Shown: positions 26,246-39,110 of the stretch, piece by piece
Position numbering within the stretch: the first letter of the stretch is position 1
How the letters are laid out: every line of letters starts with the position of its first letter
Source: Octopus bimaculoides
Taxonomy: Eukaryota
Length of the DNA: 63,755 nucleotides
Direction of reading: 5' to 3'
Assembly: GCF_001194135.2 (NCBI RefSeq)
Contig: NC_068990.1
Coordinates: 58,668,302-58,732,056 of the forward strand
Translations under genes and position numbers: made by a program
The notes under the pieces: generated by a model
What the model was told of the DNA's origin: nothing
Databases searched by the model: none
The model's input: only the letters and a program-made list of their open reading frames with translations

Positions 26246-28011
26246 AGGTCCTGAAGCTGTGGGGAGCGTGGAATAACCCCTTTAGTTACATTTCTGTGAG
26301 GTCTCTTCTGTCCCGGGTAGGTAGTATCTCTCAGGGTCCCATCTATGGGTTAAATAGGTTTCCCAGAGGAAGAGGCTCCAGTAATCCGTGGGGAAGGCAG
26401 CCCTTCTAGAAGAAATATATTCTAACTTGCTGTCTAAATAGTACTAGTCGTCTTGTTATGTTTCTCACTGGAACCTACAATGGTGGTCGAGTGAGTGGCA
26501 AAATTGATTTACAAGCTTTCGTCATTTAAATTCAGTGATGTACAGATGAGACACTTCCATCCCATTTCTTGATCCGTTGAAATATATTTCTATTTTAGAT
26601 AGTCTTATGGCAACGGATGTATGGCATGAAAAATCATATACACGCACATGCAAAGATGAAAGTTAATCAGAGAATCAGATGAATGTGAGACGGCTATCAT
26701 CTGACAAGATGAGGTAATGATCAAATATGTATCTAAATGATATTAGCCGATATAAATGTTAGCTAGTTAGTTGACTGATTTCTCTAGTCATACTTTAAAT
26801 CATCTAGCTCATTGTGGGTGAGAGAGTAAAAGTCAAATACAGAGACAAAGTTAATATAACAGATAAAAGATGAGTGTACATAAGAGACTTGGTGACAAGT
26901 AATGACAAATTTCTGAAAAATACACATTTTTAATGAAATTTTACAGTGATAAGTTTTTTTTTGGCAGAATAGAGAGCGATTATGTTGATAGAATTTAGAA
27001 AAATAATTACATCTATTTATTACTATATACTAATGAGAAATTGGTTGTATTTAATAATATTTTAAAATTATAGCTATATATTCTTTCAAAAATTAGCATT
27101 CTCCTCGTCATTTTCTATATAAGTTAAATTATATTTATTATATGTATGCCATATTTCTTCATATTATCTATGATGGCAAAAATGTACTTCCAAAGGAACC
27201 CGTCATATGACGAGTAACAATCTCCTATGTGTATATATATATGTATGTATGTATGTATNNNNNNNNNNNNNNNNNNNNNNNNNNNNNNNNNNNNNNNNNN
27301 NNNNNNNNNNNNNNNNNNNNNNNNNNNNNNNNNNNNNNNNNNNNNNNNNNNNNNNNNNNNNNNNNNNNNNNNNNNNNNNNNNNNNNNNNNNNNNNNNNNN
27401 NNNNNNNNNNNNNNNNNNNNNNNNNNNNNNNNNNNNNNNNNNNNNNNNNNNNNNNNNNNNNNNNNNNNNNNNNNNNNNNNNNNNNNNNNNNNNNNNNNNN
27501 NNNNNNNNNNNNNNNNNNNNNNNNNNNNNNNNNNNNNNNNNNNNNNNNNNNNNNNNNNNNNNNNNNNNNNNNNNNNNNNNNNNNNNNNNNNNNNNNNNNN
27601 NNNNNNNNNNNNNNNNNNNNNNNNNNNNNNNNNNNNNNNNNNNNNNNNNNNNNNNNNNNNNNNNNNNNNNNNNNNNNNNNNNNNNNNNNNNNNNNNNNNN
27701 NNNNNNNNNNNNNNNNNNNNNNNNNNNNNNNNNNNNNNNNNNNNNNNNNNNNNNNNNNNNNNNNNNNNNNNNNNNNNNNNNNNNNNNNNNNNNNNNNNNN
27801 NNNNNNNNNNNNNNNNNNNNNNNNNNNNNNNNNNNNNNNNNNNNNNNNNNNNNNNNNNNNNNNNNNNNNNNNNNNNNNNNNNNNNNNNNNNNNNNNNNNN
27901 NNNNNNNNNNNNNNNNNNNNNNNNNNNNNNNNNNNNNNNNNNNNNNNNNNNNNNNNNNNNNNNNNNNNNNNNNNNNNNNNNNNNNNNNNNNNNNNNNNNN
28001 NNNNNNNNNNN

Positions 28012-28073
<62 letters not shown>

Positions 28074-28231
28074 TATATATCATGGACTCTCTCGTCGTTT
28101 GACGACATATGAGTGAGAGTTCGACAATTTCTTGCTGAACAACCACACATGCTTTAATAATCAAATGTTTGTGTAGACGTAAGTTCACTCCCTTTATCAA
28201 ATCGACATAACCTATACAGGTGCTCCGTGTT

Positions 28232-28459
28232 ATTTCTTTACTACCCACAAGGGGCTACACACAGAGGGGACAATCAAAGACAGACAAACGGATTAAGTCG
28301 ATTATATCGACCCCAGTGCACCGTGTGCTACATGTCAGATGACGAAATGATTGCAGGGCAATGTGAAATTAAGTGCTTCGCTCAAGAACGAAACGCAACG
28401 CCCGGTCTAGAAATCGAACCTACGATTACGAAATTGTGAGTGCAAGACCCTAACCACTA

Positions 28460-28460
<1 letters not shown>
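28232..28460 (-). mobile_element. SINE fragments (family B tail plus a tRNA-like head)
   Basis: 28232-28320 is the reverse complement of 61040-61130; 28380-28460 has ATCGAACC and CCCTAACCACTAAG, the reverse complements of B and A boxes. Confidence 0.65.
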
Positions 28461-28501
<41 letters not shown>

Positions 28502-29021
28502 TCGTGCTCATAGTTTAACGCCAACTTTTCCATGGTGGTACGGGTCAACAAAATTTTCTGCAGAGATGTTCTTCCAGTCACCAACATTTATTAGTCTCCG
28601 AGTAAAATAATATTTCTCTAAGTCCTTCGAAAGCCGAACACCTGAATAACTCAATGGGTGTAAGTAATTTTATGGTAGATTGTAAATAGTAAGACCGTTT
28701 GTATGATTGGCCACTCAGACGTACACAAGGGTAATATATAGGTATACACACACACACACACATATGTGTTGTACGTGTGTGTACGCGTGACGAGTTTGAT
28801 ACCGTTTCCGTCTACTAAGTTCATTCTGAAGACAATGATCATTCCAACAAAATTGTAGAAGGCTCATACCCACAGCACTACAAAATGACAACGAACACGT
28901 AATCAAGTAGTTACAAAGCGAACCACTTAATCACACATATGCACACATACATATGCAAAAAAACGCTCAGAATTCTATGAGCATTTTTTTACTTTCTCCC
29001 CTTCAGGTTTTTCCCTTTATT

Positions 29022-29101
29022 TAACGGTCATTGTAATATCTCTTTTGTTTGTCTTAATAACGGTCATTAACATAGTAATTTCCCTTTTTTTAACGGTCAT
29101 T
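29022..29101 (+). repeat. Three TAACGGTCATT direct repeats just upstream of the 29120 hammerhead
   Basis: Copies at 29022, 29058 and 29091. Confidence 0.85.
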
Positions 29102-29119
29102 TTCATAGCATTTTTGTTT

Positions 29120-29180
29120 AATAACTGACGAGATGCCGGAGCAGATTTCCACTCCGACATCCGAAACTCGGAGTTTTATT
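29120..29180 (+). ncRNA. Type I hammerhead ribozyme motif (minimal stem III, PLE/retrozyme type)
   Basis: AATAA(29120-24)-CTGACGA(29125-31)-stem II GATGCCGGAG/10-nt loop/CTCCGACATCC-GAAA(29163-66)-ACTC-G-GAGT-T17(29175)-TTATT(29176-80). Stem I is a perfect 5-bp match; the triplet is GUU. Confidence 0.8.
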
Positions 29181-29669
29181 ACGGCAACCGAATAATTGTC
29201 ACATATTGTATTATAGATAGATTCCTCTATTTACATACTATCGAGGTCTCTTTTTCATCCTTTTGTTGTCATACTATTACTATAAATATATATATATCCG
29301 TATAAGCGGAATAAGGACTAGTTATCTTAGTTGTAGAGTCGTACAACATATACTGATAATAAAGTCAAATCAGATACTAATATTTTGTACGCGTTAAGCA
29401 CGTACTTCTCAGAACATTATTCAAAAGAGGAAACAGAAATCCGTCTCTTGTACTTCTTCCTCAATTAAGACATTTCAAAAGATATTTTTTAACACAAAGT
29501 CGAAAATATGAAACGCAAAGTTGTGGTTTCCAAGCGTAGTAAATATATTATGTCCTATGCAATGCTCTTCATAAGAAGCACTTCATTCACTTTGGAATTT
29601 TTAGTCGAACAAGCAATCATTTCCTTTAACGTCTATCGATCTATCTATCTATCTCCACACTCGCACACA

Positions 29670-29720
<51 letters not shown>

Positions 29721-29793
29721 NNNNNNNNNNNNNNNNNNNNNNNNNNNNNNNNNNNNNNNNNNNNNNNNNNNNNNNNNNNNNNNNNNNNNNNNN

Positions 29794-29856
<63 letters not shown>

Positions 29857-29861
29857 ATTTA

Positions 29862-32180
29862 CAGTGATACATTGACTTATGAATGTTCGAACTAACGAGT
29901 TTTTCGAGATACGAGCCGTGTCGGTCGATTTTCTTTGTTTTGAGTTGCGAGCTAAAATTCGGGTTACGAGCCAGCTTCAGATACTCCACCGCTAGTTGGC
30001 GTAGCGAACGCCATGTGGACGCCGTAACATCCGCCCACCATTTCGTGTCTCACTCGATAGCTAGATAGACATGCACGTTAGCAAGTGCGAAGTTCATTAG
30101 TGGATCGTTAACTAGTAGGGTGATAAAATGCTTAGTTAGTCGTTGCAGTCCGAAGAAAGTGAGTGCGAAGGATAGTGCTGAGAAGAAAAAGCGGATGATG
30201 TGCATTGAATTAAAGAAAGAAATTATCGAAAAACATGGCCAACGTGTTCGTGTAATTAACTTGGCGAAGCAGTATGAGCGTAGCACTTCTACGGTCTGCA
30301 CCATACTGAAGCAGAAAGAGTCGACAAAGGCGTTAAAATAATTTATAAACAGCAGACATCTATCCATGAAAATATGGAGAAGATACTGATGGTGTGGTTG
30401 ACGAGAAGCAGCTCACAGGAGATTTCATGACGGAGGCTATAATCTGAGAGAAGGCATGTGCTATTTACGCTGATTCGCTGCAGCAGATCCAAGGCACTTG
30501 TACGGACGAGGCATCGGATGAGCCATTTAAAGCCAGCCGAGGCTGGTTCGAGAATTTTAAAACGAGGACCGGCATCCACTCCCTTGTCAGGCATGGTGAG
30601 GTGGCGAACGCGGATATGAAGGCAGCAGAGGATTACCTCAAAACTTTTGCCAGAATTATAGCAGCCGAAGGATACATCCTCCAGTAAGTCTTCAACTGTG
30701 ACGAGACAGGACTTTTTTGGAAAAAGATGCCAAGGAAGATTTATATAACGGTAGAGGAGAAGAGGATGCCAGGCCACAAACCCATGACGAATAGGCTAAC
30801 CCTCGCACTTGCGCCAATGCGAGTAGTGACTGCAAGTTTAAGCCGCTGCTCGTTTATCATTCGGAAAACCCCAGAGCATTACGTCACATAAGTTTCCGAA
30901 AGAAAAACTGCTTGTTATGTGGAGGCCAAACCCGAGGGTGTGGGTTACCAGGCACTTCTTTGTGGAGTGGGTGAATTTGGTCTTTGGTCCTGACGTTAAG
31001 AAATATCTCCAGGAAAATAACATACCCCTGCAAGCCATTCTCGTCCTGGACAATTCACCTGCTCACCCACGAAACCTCGAAAATGAAATCCTCGAAGAGT
31101 TCAAGTTTATAAAGGTTTTCTACCTTCCACCCAACACCACCCCACTCCTGCAGCCTATGGACCAGCAGGTGATTTCTAATTTCAACAAGGTCTTCACCAA
31201 GCACCTGTTCCGCCGTTGCTTCGAGGTGACTGAGAACACAAACCTCACCCTTCGAGAGTTCTGGAAGGACCACTATAACATCTTGATATGCCCCAGAATT
31301 ATCGATATGGTCTGACAGGGTGTTACAAAGAGGACCTTGACTCCTGCGGGGAAGAAACTGTGGACGGAAGTTGTGTCTGAAACAGACTTTGAAAGAATCG
31401 AACCCGACGCGGCAGTGGTGGAGGAGATTGTATCCCTCAGTAAGTCCATGGGCCTGGACATGGTTGAAGGTGACATCAACGAGCTCATCGAGAAGCACTC
31501 CGAGGAACTGAGAACGGAGGAGCTTAAGGAGCTACAGACGCAGCAGCACACGGAAGTTTTACAGGAAATAGGTGACGCGGAAAAGATGGAGGAGGTTATC
31601 TCTACCAGTGCGATAAAGGAAATTTGGGGAATGTGAGAGAAACTTTCAGACTTTATTGAAAAGAAACACCCAGAAAAAGTTGAAACCTGGTGTGCGACGG
31701 CGCTATTTAATGACACTTGCCTAACTCATTTCAGAAACATTCTGAAAGGGAAGATGAAACAGACCTCATTGGACAGAGTTTTATCGAAAACTCCTGCAGG
31801 TGAAAGTGAGGAAAGCATGGCGAAAAGGGCAAAAATCAGCGAATAAGATTCAGTTATTCATTTCAGCCTTCCTCCTCCACCTCCGTTAGCATCCTCAAGT
31901 CACCTGATCTCCAAGGTAAATGCTGTACATTATACTTAATTAAAGCAGTTTATTGCACTACATTCTATTGTATTGTTTCTTTATACAATATTCATTATTT
32001 ATAAGTACATTTTCCTTATTCTAAAACATATAACAAAAAAAAAAATGCTGTATTTGGGGGAGGCGGGACGAATTAATGATATTTCAGATATTTCAGTGGG
32101 GAAAATTGATTTTGCATACGAGTAATTTGAGTTACGAGCTCCGCCACAGAATGAATTAAACTCGTAAGTCAAGGCATCTA
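29862..32180 (+). mobile_element. Tigger-like (pogo) DNA transposon, full length (~2.3 kb), inactivated
   Basis: TIR-like ends CAGTGATACATTGACTTATGA / rc TAGATGCCTTGACTTACGA. N-terminal KKKRMMCIELKKEIIEKH...STSTVCTILKQKE; FKASRGWFENFK; stop before VFNCDETGLFWKKMP; LVLDNSPAHP; NTTPLLQPMDQQVI. Several stops and frameshifts. Confidence 0.95.
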
Positions 32181-32476
32181 TAAACAACTATTCAAACTAT
32201 AAAAGCCACATGTTTTTTTAAAGTTATTTAGAAACTTAGCTCGTGTTTAAGTGGACTAAGGGCCATAATATATTGTAAATTGGTATTTCATGAAACCTTT
32301 GAAATGTAAACCTTGTATCTTTATTATCACATTGCAACACCTGATTTTCCAATTTTTCCTAACACATCAACACTTCAAATCTATAAAGCCAGTAAAACAT
32401 TTTCATTTCTTTCCAGATTGTTTCGGAAAATATTCGACTCAATCGTATTCTCCGTGATCCAGATTACATTTCCAGT

Positions 32477-32630
32477 TTGCCAAAAGCTACAAAGTTCCCC
32501 GAAATTAAACAAGAGAAGATTCTTTCACTAAAAGTGGAAGGAATGCATAACCGGAAGATTGCCGAGAAGATTCGGCGAAGCAGAACGACGCCAGTGGACA
32601 ATTGCATCGATACCAGTGCTTGTCCGGTAC
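32477..32630 (+). mobile_element. Tc3/Tc1-like transposase N-terminal HTH fragment
   Basis: LPKATKFPEIKQEKILSLKVEGMHNRKIAEKIRRSRTT resembles the Tc3-type first HTH; truncated by a SINE. Confidence 0.55.
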
Positions 32631-33826
32631 TTGTGTTATAGATCCTAAAGTGATGAAAGGTAAAGTCGACTTTGGCGAAATTTGAACGCAGAACGTAAAT
32701 ATAGACGGGACGCCACTAAGCATTGTGTCCGGCATGCTAACGATTCGAAATTTCGTCTTGCTCGCTATTATCAGATTGTTGTTTACTTTAGTTCTTTCAT
32801 GCTCTTTATAGGTTTTAGTCGTTTTATTTTTTCTTTTGGAAGTTAGAGTAATGTGAATGAGAATTAGGTATAGAGTTGGTAAACTGGGAAAGTGGTTATA
32901 TGTAAACGGGAGTGAAATGGAAAAGGATATAGAGAAAGTATGTGTTTGTAGGGTAGGGGTTGAGAGAAAGGTATGGTGGAGACAGTTATTCTCGTTTGAT
33001 ATAGAGGTTTGATATTATTTAGGGTTAAATCAAGTGTGAGAGTAAAAGAGTAAAACAGATGCGTTACATTCGGATCACAATTCATACTGATTAGAGTAGC
33101 CACTACTCTGCCGGCCAGCAGAAACTGTAGATTAGCGCTCTCTTACATAGTATGTTCAAATTCTGCCTGTAACAATTTATTCATTTCTCTTTCAAAATTC
33201 CATAAAATATCTATCTGTCAATTTCTAGATCACTTTCATTTTACGTAAGAAACAGAGTGAATGATGAGGATTAAAGTGATTATTGTGCCAAATGGAAGAT
33301 TATGAAGCTTACTGATCTATATTGAGGATTATTAGGATAATTGGTCTATATCAAAGCTATTTATTTAATTCCATTTATTTTGAAAATGTAATTATAAATA
33401 TTAAAATAATAAATGCTATATATATTTTCGTGATCATTATAATAAATAGGAACTGTGTGTAGTAAAAATATATTTTTAAGTAAAACAGACTTCTGAAAGT
33501 AATAATTAGGGACTTCAAAGACCGTATGCAACCACACGGCTGTTGATTATACATTTCTTGTGTACATAAAGGTCTTGAGTATATAACATAGGAAAAATAA
33601 ATGTGACTATTAATAGTGGAATTATGTTTGATCATGTATAATAGATAGCGCTTGGGGCGAAGAAAATGTGAAACTACACAGACATGCAGGAAGTAAATAG
33701 ACACCTTTAATTTTCAAAATCTCTGATCTAAGCGTCTTAATATATTTTCAGCGGTGTAGAACTTACAATGTAATTATTCTTTTTCATTCCAGGTGCCATT
33801 ATATTAAACATTAGCGAAGAGTAACC

Positions 33827-34364
33827 ATACCACGCACAAAAAATTCAGCAGAACCGTCAGATTTTCAATGAGGTCGTATTGTTGGGCAATCTGAGGCTGG
33901 TCTTAGCCAGCGAAAAATTACTGAAACTCTTCAAATTCTTCTTGCTACTGTTAATAGAATTATAGTGCAATTCAAATGCCAAGGATAAGAATCAACAGAT
34001 TCTCATCTCGACCGACCTGGGCCCTCGGAATGGAAGCTTCGCTGTTTGAAGAGAATTGTGGAAAACGAACCCCGTTCGAAGGCTTCTGACATTGCAAAAT
34101 AGCTAGAAGTTAGTCCAAGAACGTGTGTTACATATCTGCATAATCTTGAGTATTATGGACGAGCAGCTAGAAGAAAACCTCTCCTTCAACCAATTAATAT
34201 CATGAAAAGAAATAAATGGGCTAAGGAGATGTCAGAAAAATCCAGTTCATTTTGGGATAGAGTGATTTTCTCAGATGAATCCGGATTTGCATTATTTTCA
34301 GACAGTGGACGTGTTTGGGTCTGGAGGCTTCCCAATCAAGAATTTGATATGAAATGACTACAAC
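33827..34364 (+). mobile_element. Tc1-like transposase pseudogene fragment, running into an N gap
   Basis: [31 protein letters not shown]...[10 protein letters not shown]...WAKEM...[13 protein letters not shown]...GRVWVWR: Tc1 HTH plus the first catalytic D (FSDES), with in-frame stops. Confidence 0.88.
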
Positions 34365-35009
34365 NNNNNNNNNNNNNNNNNNNNNNNNNNNNNNNNNNNN
34401 NNNNNNNNNNNNNNNNNNNNNNNNNNNNNNNNNNNNNNNNNNNNNNNNNNNNNNNNNNNNNNNNNNNNNNNNNNNNNNNNNNNNNNNNNNNNNNNNNNNN
34501 NNNNNNNNNNNNNNNNNNNNNNNNNNNNNNNNNNNNNNNNNNNNNNNNNNNNNNNNNNNNNNNNNNNNNNNNNNNNNNNNNNNNNNNNNNNNNNNNNNNN
34601 NNNNNNNNNNNNNNNNNNNNNNNNNNNNNNNNNNNNNNNNNNNNNNNNNNNNNNNNNNNNNNNNNNNNNNTATATATATATATATGAAGGGAGAAATTGT
34701 TATAAACATTGTAAGTTTAAAGCATATTATTCATCACGATAGTGTAAATTTAAAATAGTTATATCTACACTAAGTTTCAGCCCGCTCTATTTTTGATTGT
34801 TTTCAAGTGTATGATTTGAATCAGGCTTTGATATTCATAAACTAACACGAAAAGTAACATACGTTCATTTAATGTAAAGAGAGGTGAAATATGATGAAGG
34901 AAATGTGATCTAACAGGTACTATTGCGCTTGCGTCAGTTGCAGAAACATGTACATATTCAAGAATAAAAAACCTAATGGTCATGAGACTCATCGAAGTAT
35001 ACATAGATA

Positions 35010-35560
35010 CGTGGTCTGATCAATAAGTATCCTGTTGTCATAGTAACGAAGCTAAATCACGCCGAGTAAAGCCGCTTGGCACAGATTGACCTTGAATTCT
35101 GCAGTGTATGCGCACTAAGTTTTAACGTTCTGGTTCCCTTCCGCTGTTTACAGCAGTCCTTGGAAGTAAAGTGTGTTGCGTATAATCGACGTGTTAAACA
35201 TAACAGAGGAAGTTGAGCAGAGCAGAGAATCTGCATCAAATTTTGCCAAAAGCTTGGTGATATCTGTTTCTGCGCAAAGTTGTCAAAAAGTTTTCATCGC
35301 TCTCGACACAATCAAGGAGACCTTGTGCAAATGAAACCCGAGTGTCTTTTTGGGCAACTGAAAGCAGTTTTTGTAGACACGCGTCTCATACCCAAATCTT
35401 CATTGACGATGGACTGAACTGAACCGTAATTAATCTGCACATCCTCTGATAACTCACGGATGATGACTCGACGATTTCTCCTCACAGTTGCACGCACATC
35501 TGCGATGTTTTTCTCAGTTCTGCTAGTTGCGGGTCTCCCAGAATGTTCGTCAATACACAT
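35010..35560. mobile_element. Mariner fragment with internal inversion
   Basis: TA + TIR CGTGGTCTGATCAATAAGTATCC at 35010. Plus strand reads (M)TEEVEQ..RICIKFCQKLGD up to ~35295; from there the minus strand reads IDEHSGRPATSRTEKNIADVRATVRRNRRV...DLGMRRVS...ESDENF. Confidence 0.85.
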
Positions 35561-35561
35561 C

Positions 35562-35672
35562 CATGCAAAAATACCCTGTTGATGTTGTTACAATTCCATT
35601 GAAGGGCCCTTGGATCTAGGTTAGAAACCAACTCTTTCTCTATCGATAAGAAATCTTTAAATAAAACTGATT
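35562..35672 (+). mobile_element. 3'UTR terminal fragment of the R4-like element, followed by (CATA)n
   Basis: CAAAAATACCCTGTTGATG...GGATCTAGGTTAGAAACCAACTCTTTCTCTAT...AAATAAAACTGATTAATAA, then CATACATAC... Confidence 0.75.
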
Positions 35673-36196
35673 AATAACATACATACATACATACATACAT
35701 ACATACATACACACATACATACATACATACATACATGCATACATACAAGCATACATACTGATGATGGTAGTTTCTTCGTGAGGAAATACGGCTCACACAG
35801 AAGTGGAAATGAAAACCAATCTTTGATGCTACAGAGCTTCCTGTGTGTGCCTGAATAATTTTAAAAAGATTGTTAGTCCGAGCATTCACATCCCACTTTT
35901 TTTCACATGGTGATCTGACCACAGTGGCTCAGCGGTCTAAGACGGCTTGGTTGACCAGGAAGCTATAGATTTTACAATGGAGTGGCTATTTCGTTTCCTA
36001 GGTGAATTGATTGACAGGGCCGGAACGATCCACCTACACTCTATGTTCAAAGGTCAAATTCGCTTTCATCCTTTCCAAGTTGGTAACAATAAACACCAAT
36101 TCAGATCTCGGATCGATTTAATCGTTTTTGACTCAGCCAAGTGGATCCTTTTTTTAATGTTGTTAATTGCATTTTATACATACATACATACATACA

Positions 36197-36232
<36 letters not shown>

Positions 36233-37849
36233 TATAAATTGTCATATTATGTTGTAGCTTAACCATAGATCAGCTTTCATCTGCTAGAACTATGATTAAA
36301 ACAAAAATGTCCAGCCGAGATATACTTTTTAGATTTATATATAGGGCTACACTATTTTTTGTGTTCTTCCATTTAAAAACGAGTTGGCATAATTTAATGG
36401 ATATTTTGCAGTTATTTCTAGGATATCGAATGACCATGCAGAGTTGACAATATCTCTACCAAATGACATCTATTTCTGCCTCTTAAAATTCCACTTACTT
36501 CTGACATTAGGCCTCTAGAAATGATACATTAGGCTGCAGCTAAAAAAATAAAGTATTACCTTCGCGCTAAGCTAATTGCTTTCCCTTACCAACACCACCA
36601 CTTAATTAAGGACCAATTTTTGTATTCACCTATATTTATATTTTATGGATGTGATCTTTATTCTAAAATTCTTGTTTACCTTATTCTTTCACTTTACCAT
36701 TATTGTTCTATTTTTAGTTGTTCCGAGGTATATATTGCTGACAAAATGGAGAATGTTTTAATCAAAAGGAAATCTGATCAAGACAGAAGAGCCGACCAAC
36801 GGAGAGAGAAAATTAGTTACAGTGGGTGGCCTCTTAAGATTCTTGGCTGCAGGTTACAATTCGCCTAATAAATCTTGTTTATTGGAACGCTACGAAGGTC
36901 TACAAAAATACAAGTTTCTAAACACTAACCACGTTCTTTTCTCATGCTTTTTCTTTCTCTATCTCCTTCCAGTGCAGTATCTTACTATTTCTTCTCCATT
37001 TTCTCTTTCTTTGTTTTCCTTTCTTTCTCTTTCTCTTTCTTTATCTTTATCTTTATCACACTCACTTGATTTTCTTGAACGCCAAGAGAAGCAAGTAAGT
37101 GCGATAAAGATATTTAGGAGGATGTCTAAATGGATGTATGTCTTTGAGGGTCAGTGTGAAGGGTCACGCTGCCATCCTCCTCAAAGACATACATATCCAA
37201 ACAGCAGGACTATATCTGAACTGATTGTTTAATAGCAAGAAATTCAGCCAGAAGAAAGAAGCTTTCATTGGCTTCTTTTTATTCCTCTTTCTTACCTTCT
37301 TTCTCACTTCTTTTAGTCTTACTTTTTTTTTTTTTTTTTTTTACAATCGAGTCATATGATTTTGTTGATGTATTTTATTTGGTTTCATTCAAGGACTGCT
37401 GTTGCCGTTTCTACTGTTGATGCTGCTGTTGCTGGTGGCGGTGCTTGTAGTGGTCATCTGGCAAAAGAATGTGATTGTGAAGATGACGTTGGTGCTATTA
37501 ACTGGAATACAGACACTTATGTTCAGCACTAATGAAGTAGCTTTTATTCACTTCATTCTCGAAAGAGTTTCCGTTTCCACGTAGTAAACAGGCCAGACGA
37601 CCTCGGGGAAGACATCGATATATTAGACCAAAATAGATTTCCCGTGCATGCCAAACTGTTTTACCTTGTGAATGTATCCAAGGAATATTAGTTAAAATAT
37701 GATTTATAGCAATTTCACAATCGCATGTCTGTAATATTAAAGAATAGCAGATCACACAGATCCCCTTTACATAGCTGGTACTGAACTAATCTACTTAAAT
37801 AGAACGAAAAATAAAACTGACCACGGCAAAATATAAGTCGAGTGCTCAA

Positions 37850-39110
37850 ATAATCCTTTCTACTCTAGGTACGAGGGCTGAATTTTTTGTGGGGGAACCG
37901 TAGTCGATTGCATCGATCCCAGTGCATAACTGGTACTTGTTCATCGACCCTGAAAGGATGAAAGGTAAAATCAGCCTCAGCAGAATTTGAACTCAGAAAG
38001 TAAAAACAGAGGAATACCGTTAGCATTTTGTCTGGCATGGCAACGATTCATCCAACTTACCGCCTTTCAATACTCAAATAAAGGTTTCAAATTTTGGCAC
38101 AAGACCAGCAAGTTCTGGAAGAGAGGTAAGTAGTTTACATCGACCCCAGTTCTCAACTGGTACTTATATTTTGTCGACCCCGAAAGAATGAAAGGCAAAG
38201 ACGACCACAGATGAATTTGAACTCGGAACGCAAAGATGGACGAAATGCCGCTAAGCATTTTCCCTTCATTTCTGCCAACCTGCCATCTTTCAATGCTCAA
38301 ATAATGCATGACATTTCATCTTCCTCTCTACCATTCCTTATACTTCTTCTGACTTATTTTTATCATGTAGCGATTTATCACATTTAGAAAGATATCGCAC
38401 AGTTGTTGAAAAAACAATTTCGTTTATTATCTTACTAGCAGTACATGGTACCTTTTTTGATATCTGAGACTGCCCCTGGTTCTGTGGTACAAATGAATTG
38501 CTTTTAAAGTAACCGAAGTTAAAATTTCCTATTAGAAATTTTAACTTCGTTTACTTAACAATGACAAAACTCTTTTGATATATTCATTATTTTTTTTAAA
38601 TTAAATGAAATATTTAAAAAAAGGATGTATTTCAATAGATATGCGGTAACAAAAGTGTTGAATTACAGGAAAAAGAAGGACGGATAACTGAGGTAGGATA
38701 TATATTCAGAATATTTGTTTCAAATTTCTGTACAAGGCCAGCAATTTCGGGGAGAGGGGTTAGGCAATTACATCAGCCCCCCCCCCCCCTATACAACTGG
38801 TACTTATTTTATCGACCACAAAAAAAGGATGAAAGGTAAAGTCGACCTCAGCAGAACTTGAGCTCAGAACGTAAAGACGGACGAAATGCCACTAAGCATT
38901 TTGCCAGGCGTGCTAAAGATTCTGTCAGTTTGCCGCTTTATAAATTTGAAACCAGCAGTATTCAACTGGTACTTATTTTATCGACCCCGGAAGGCAAAGC
39001 CAACCACGATCGGATTTGAACTCAGAACGAGAAGACGGACAAAATGCTACTAAACATTTTGGGAGGCGTGCTAACGATTCTGCCAACTCGTCGCCTTATA
39101 AATTCAAACC
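37850..39110 (-). mobile_element. Cluster of four head-to-tail SINE family B copies (37850-38065, 38070-38285, 38725-38940, 38945-39105)
   Basis: Repeated ATCGACCCC...AACTGGTACTT...GAAAGG...ATTTGAACTC...CTAAGCATTT...AACGATTC blocks. Confidence 0.8.

Noticed and set aside
29022-29101. CRISPR-like repeat-spacer array
   Set aside because: Only three 11-bp repeats with partly similar spacers, eukaryotic context and no cas genes.
36753-36868. MENVLIKRKSDQDRRADQRREK... as a first coding exon
   Set aside because: No good splice donor, early stop, no recognisable homology.
37560-37695. Open frame SFRFHVVNRPDDLGEDIDILDQNRFPVHAKL
   Set aside because: Looks protein-like but has no convincing splice sites or family match.
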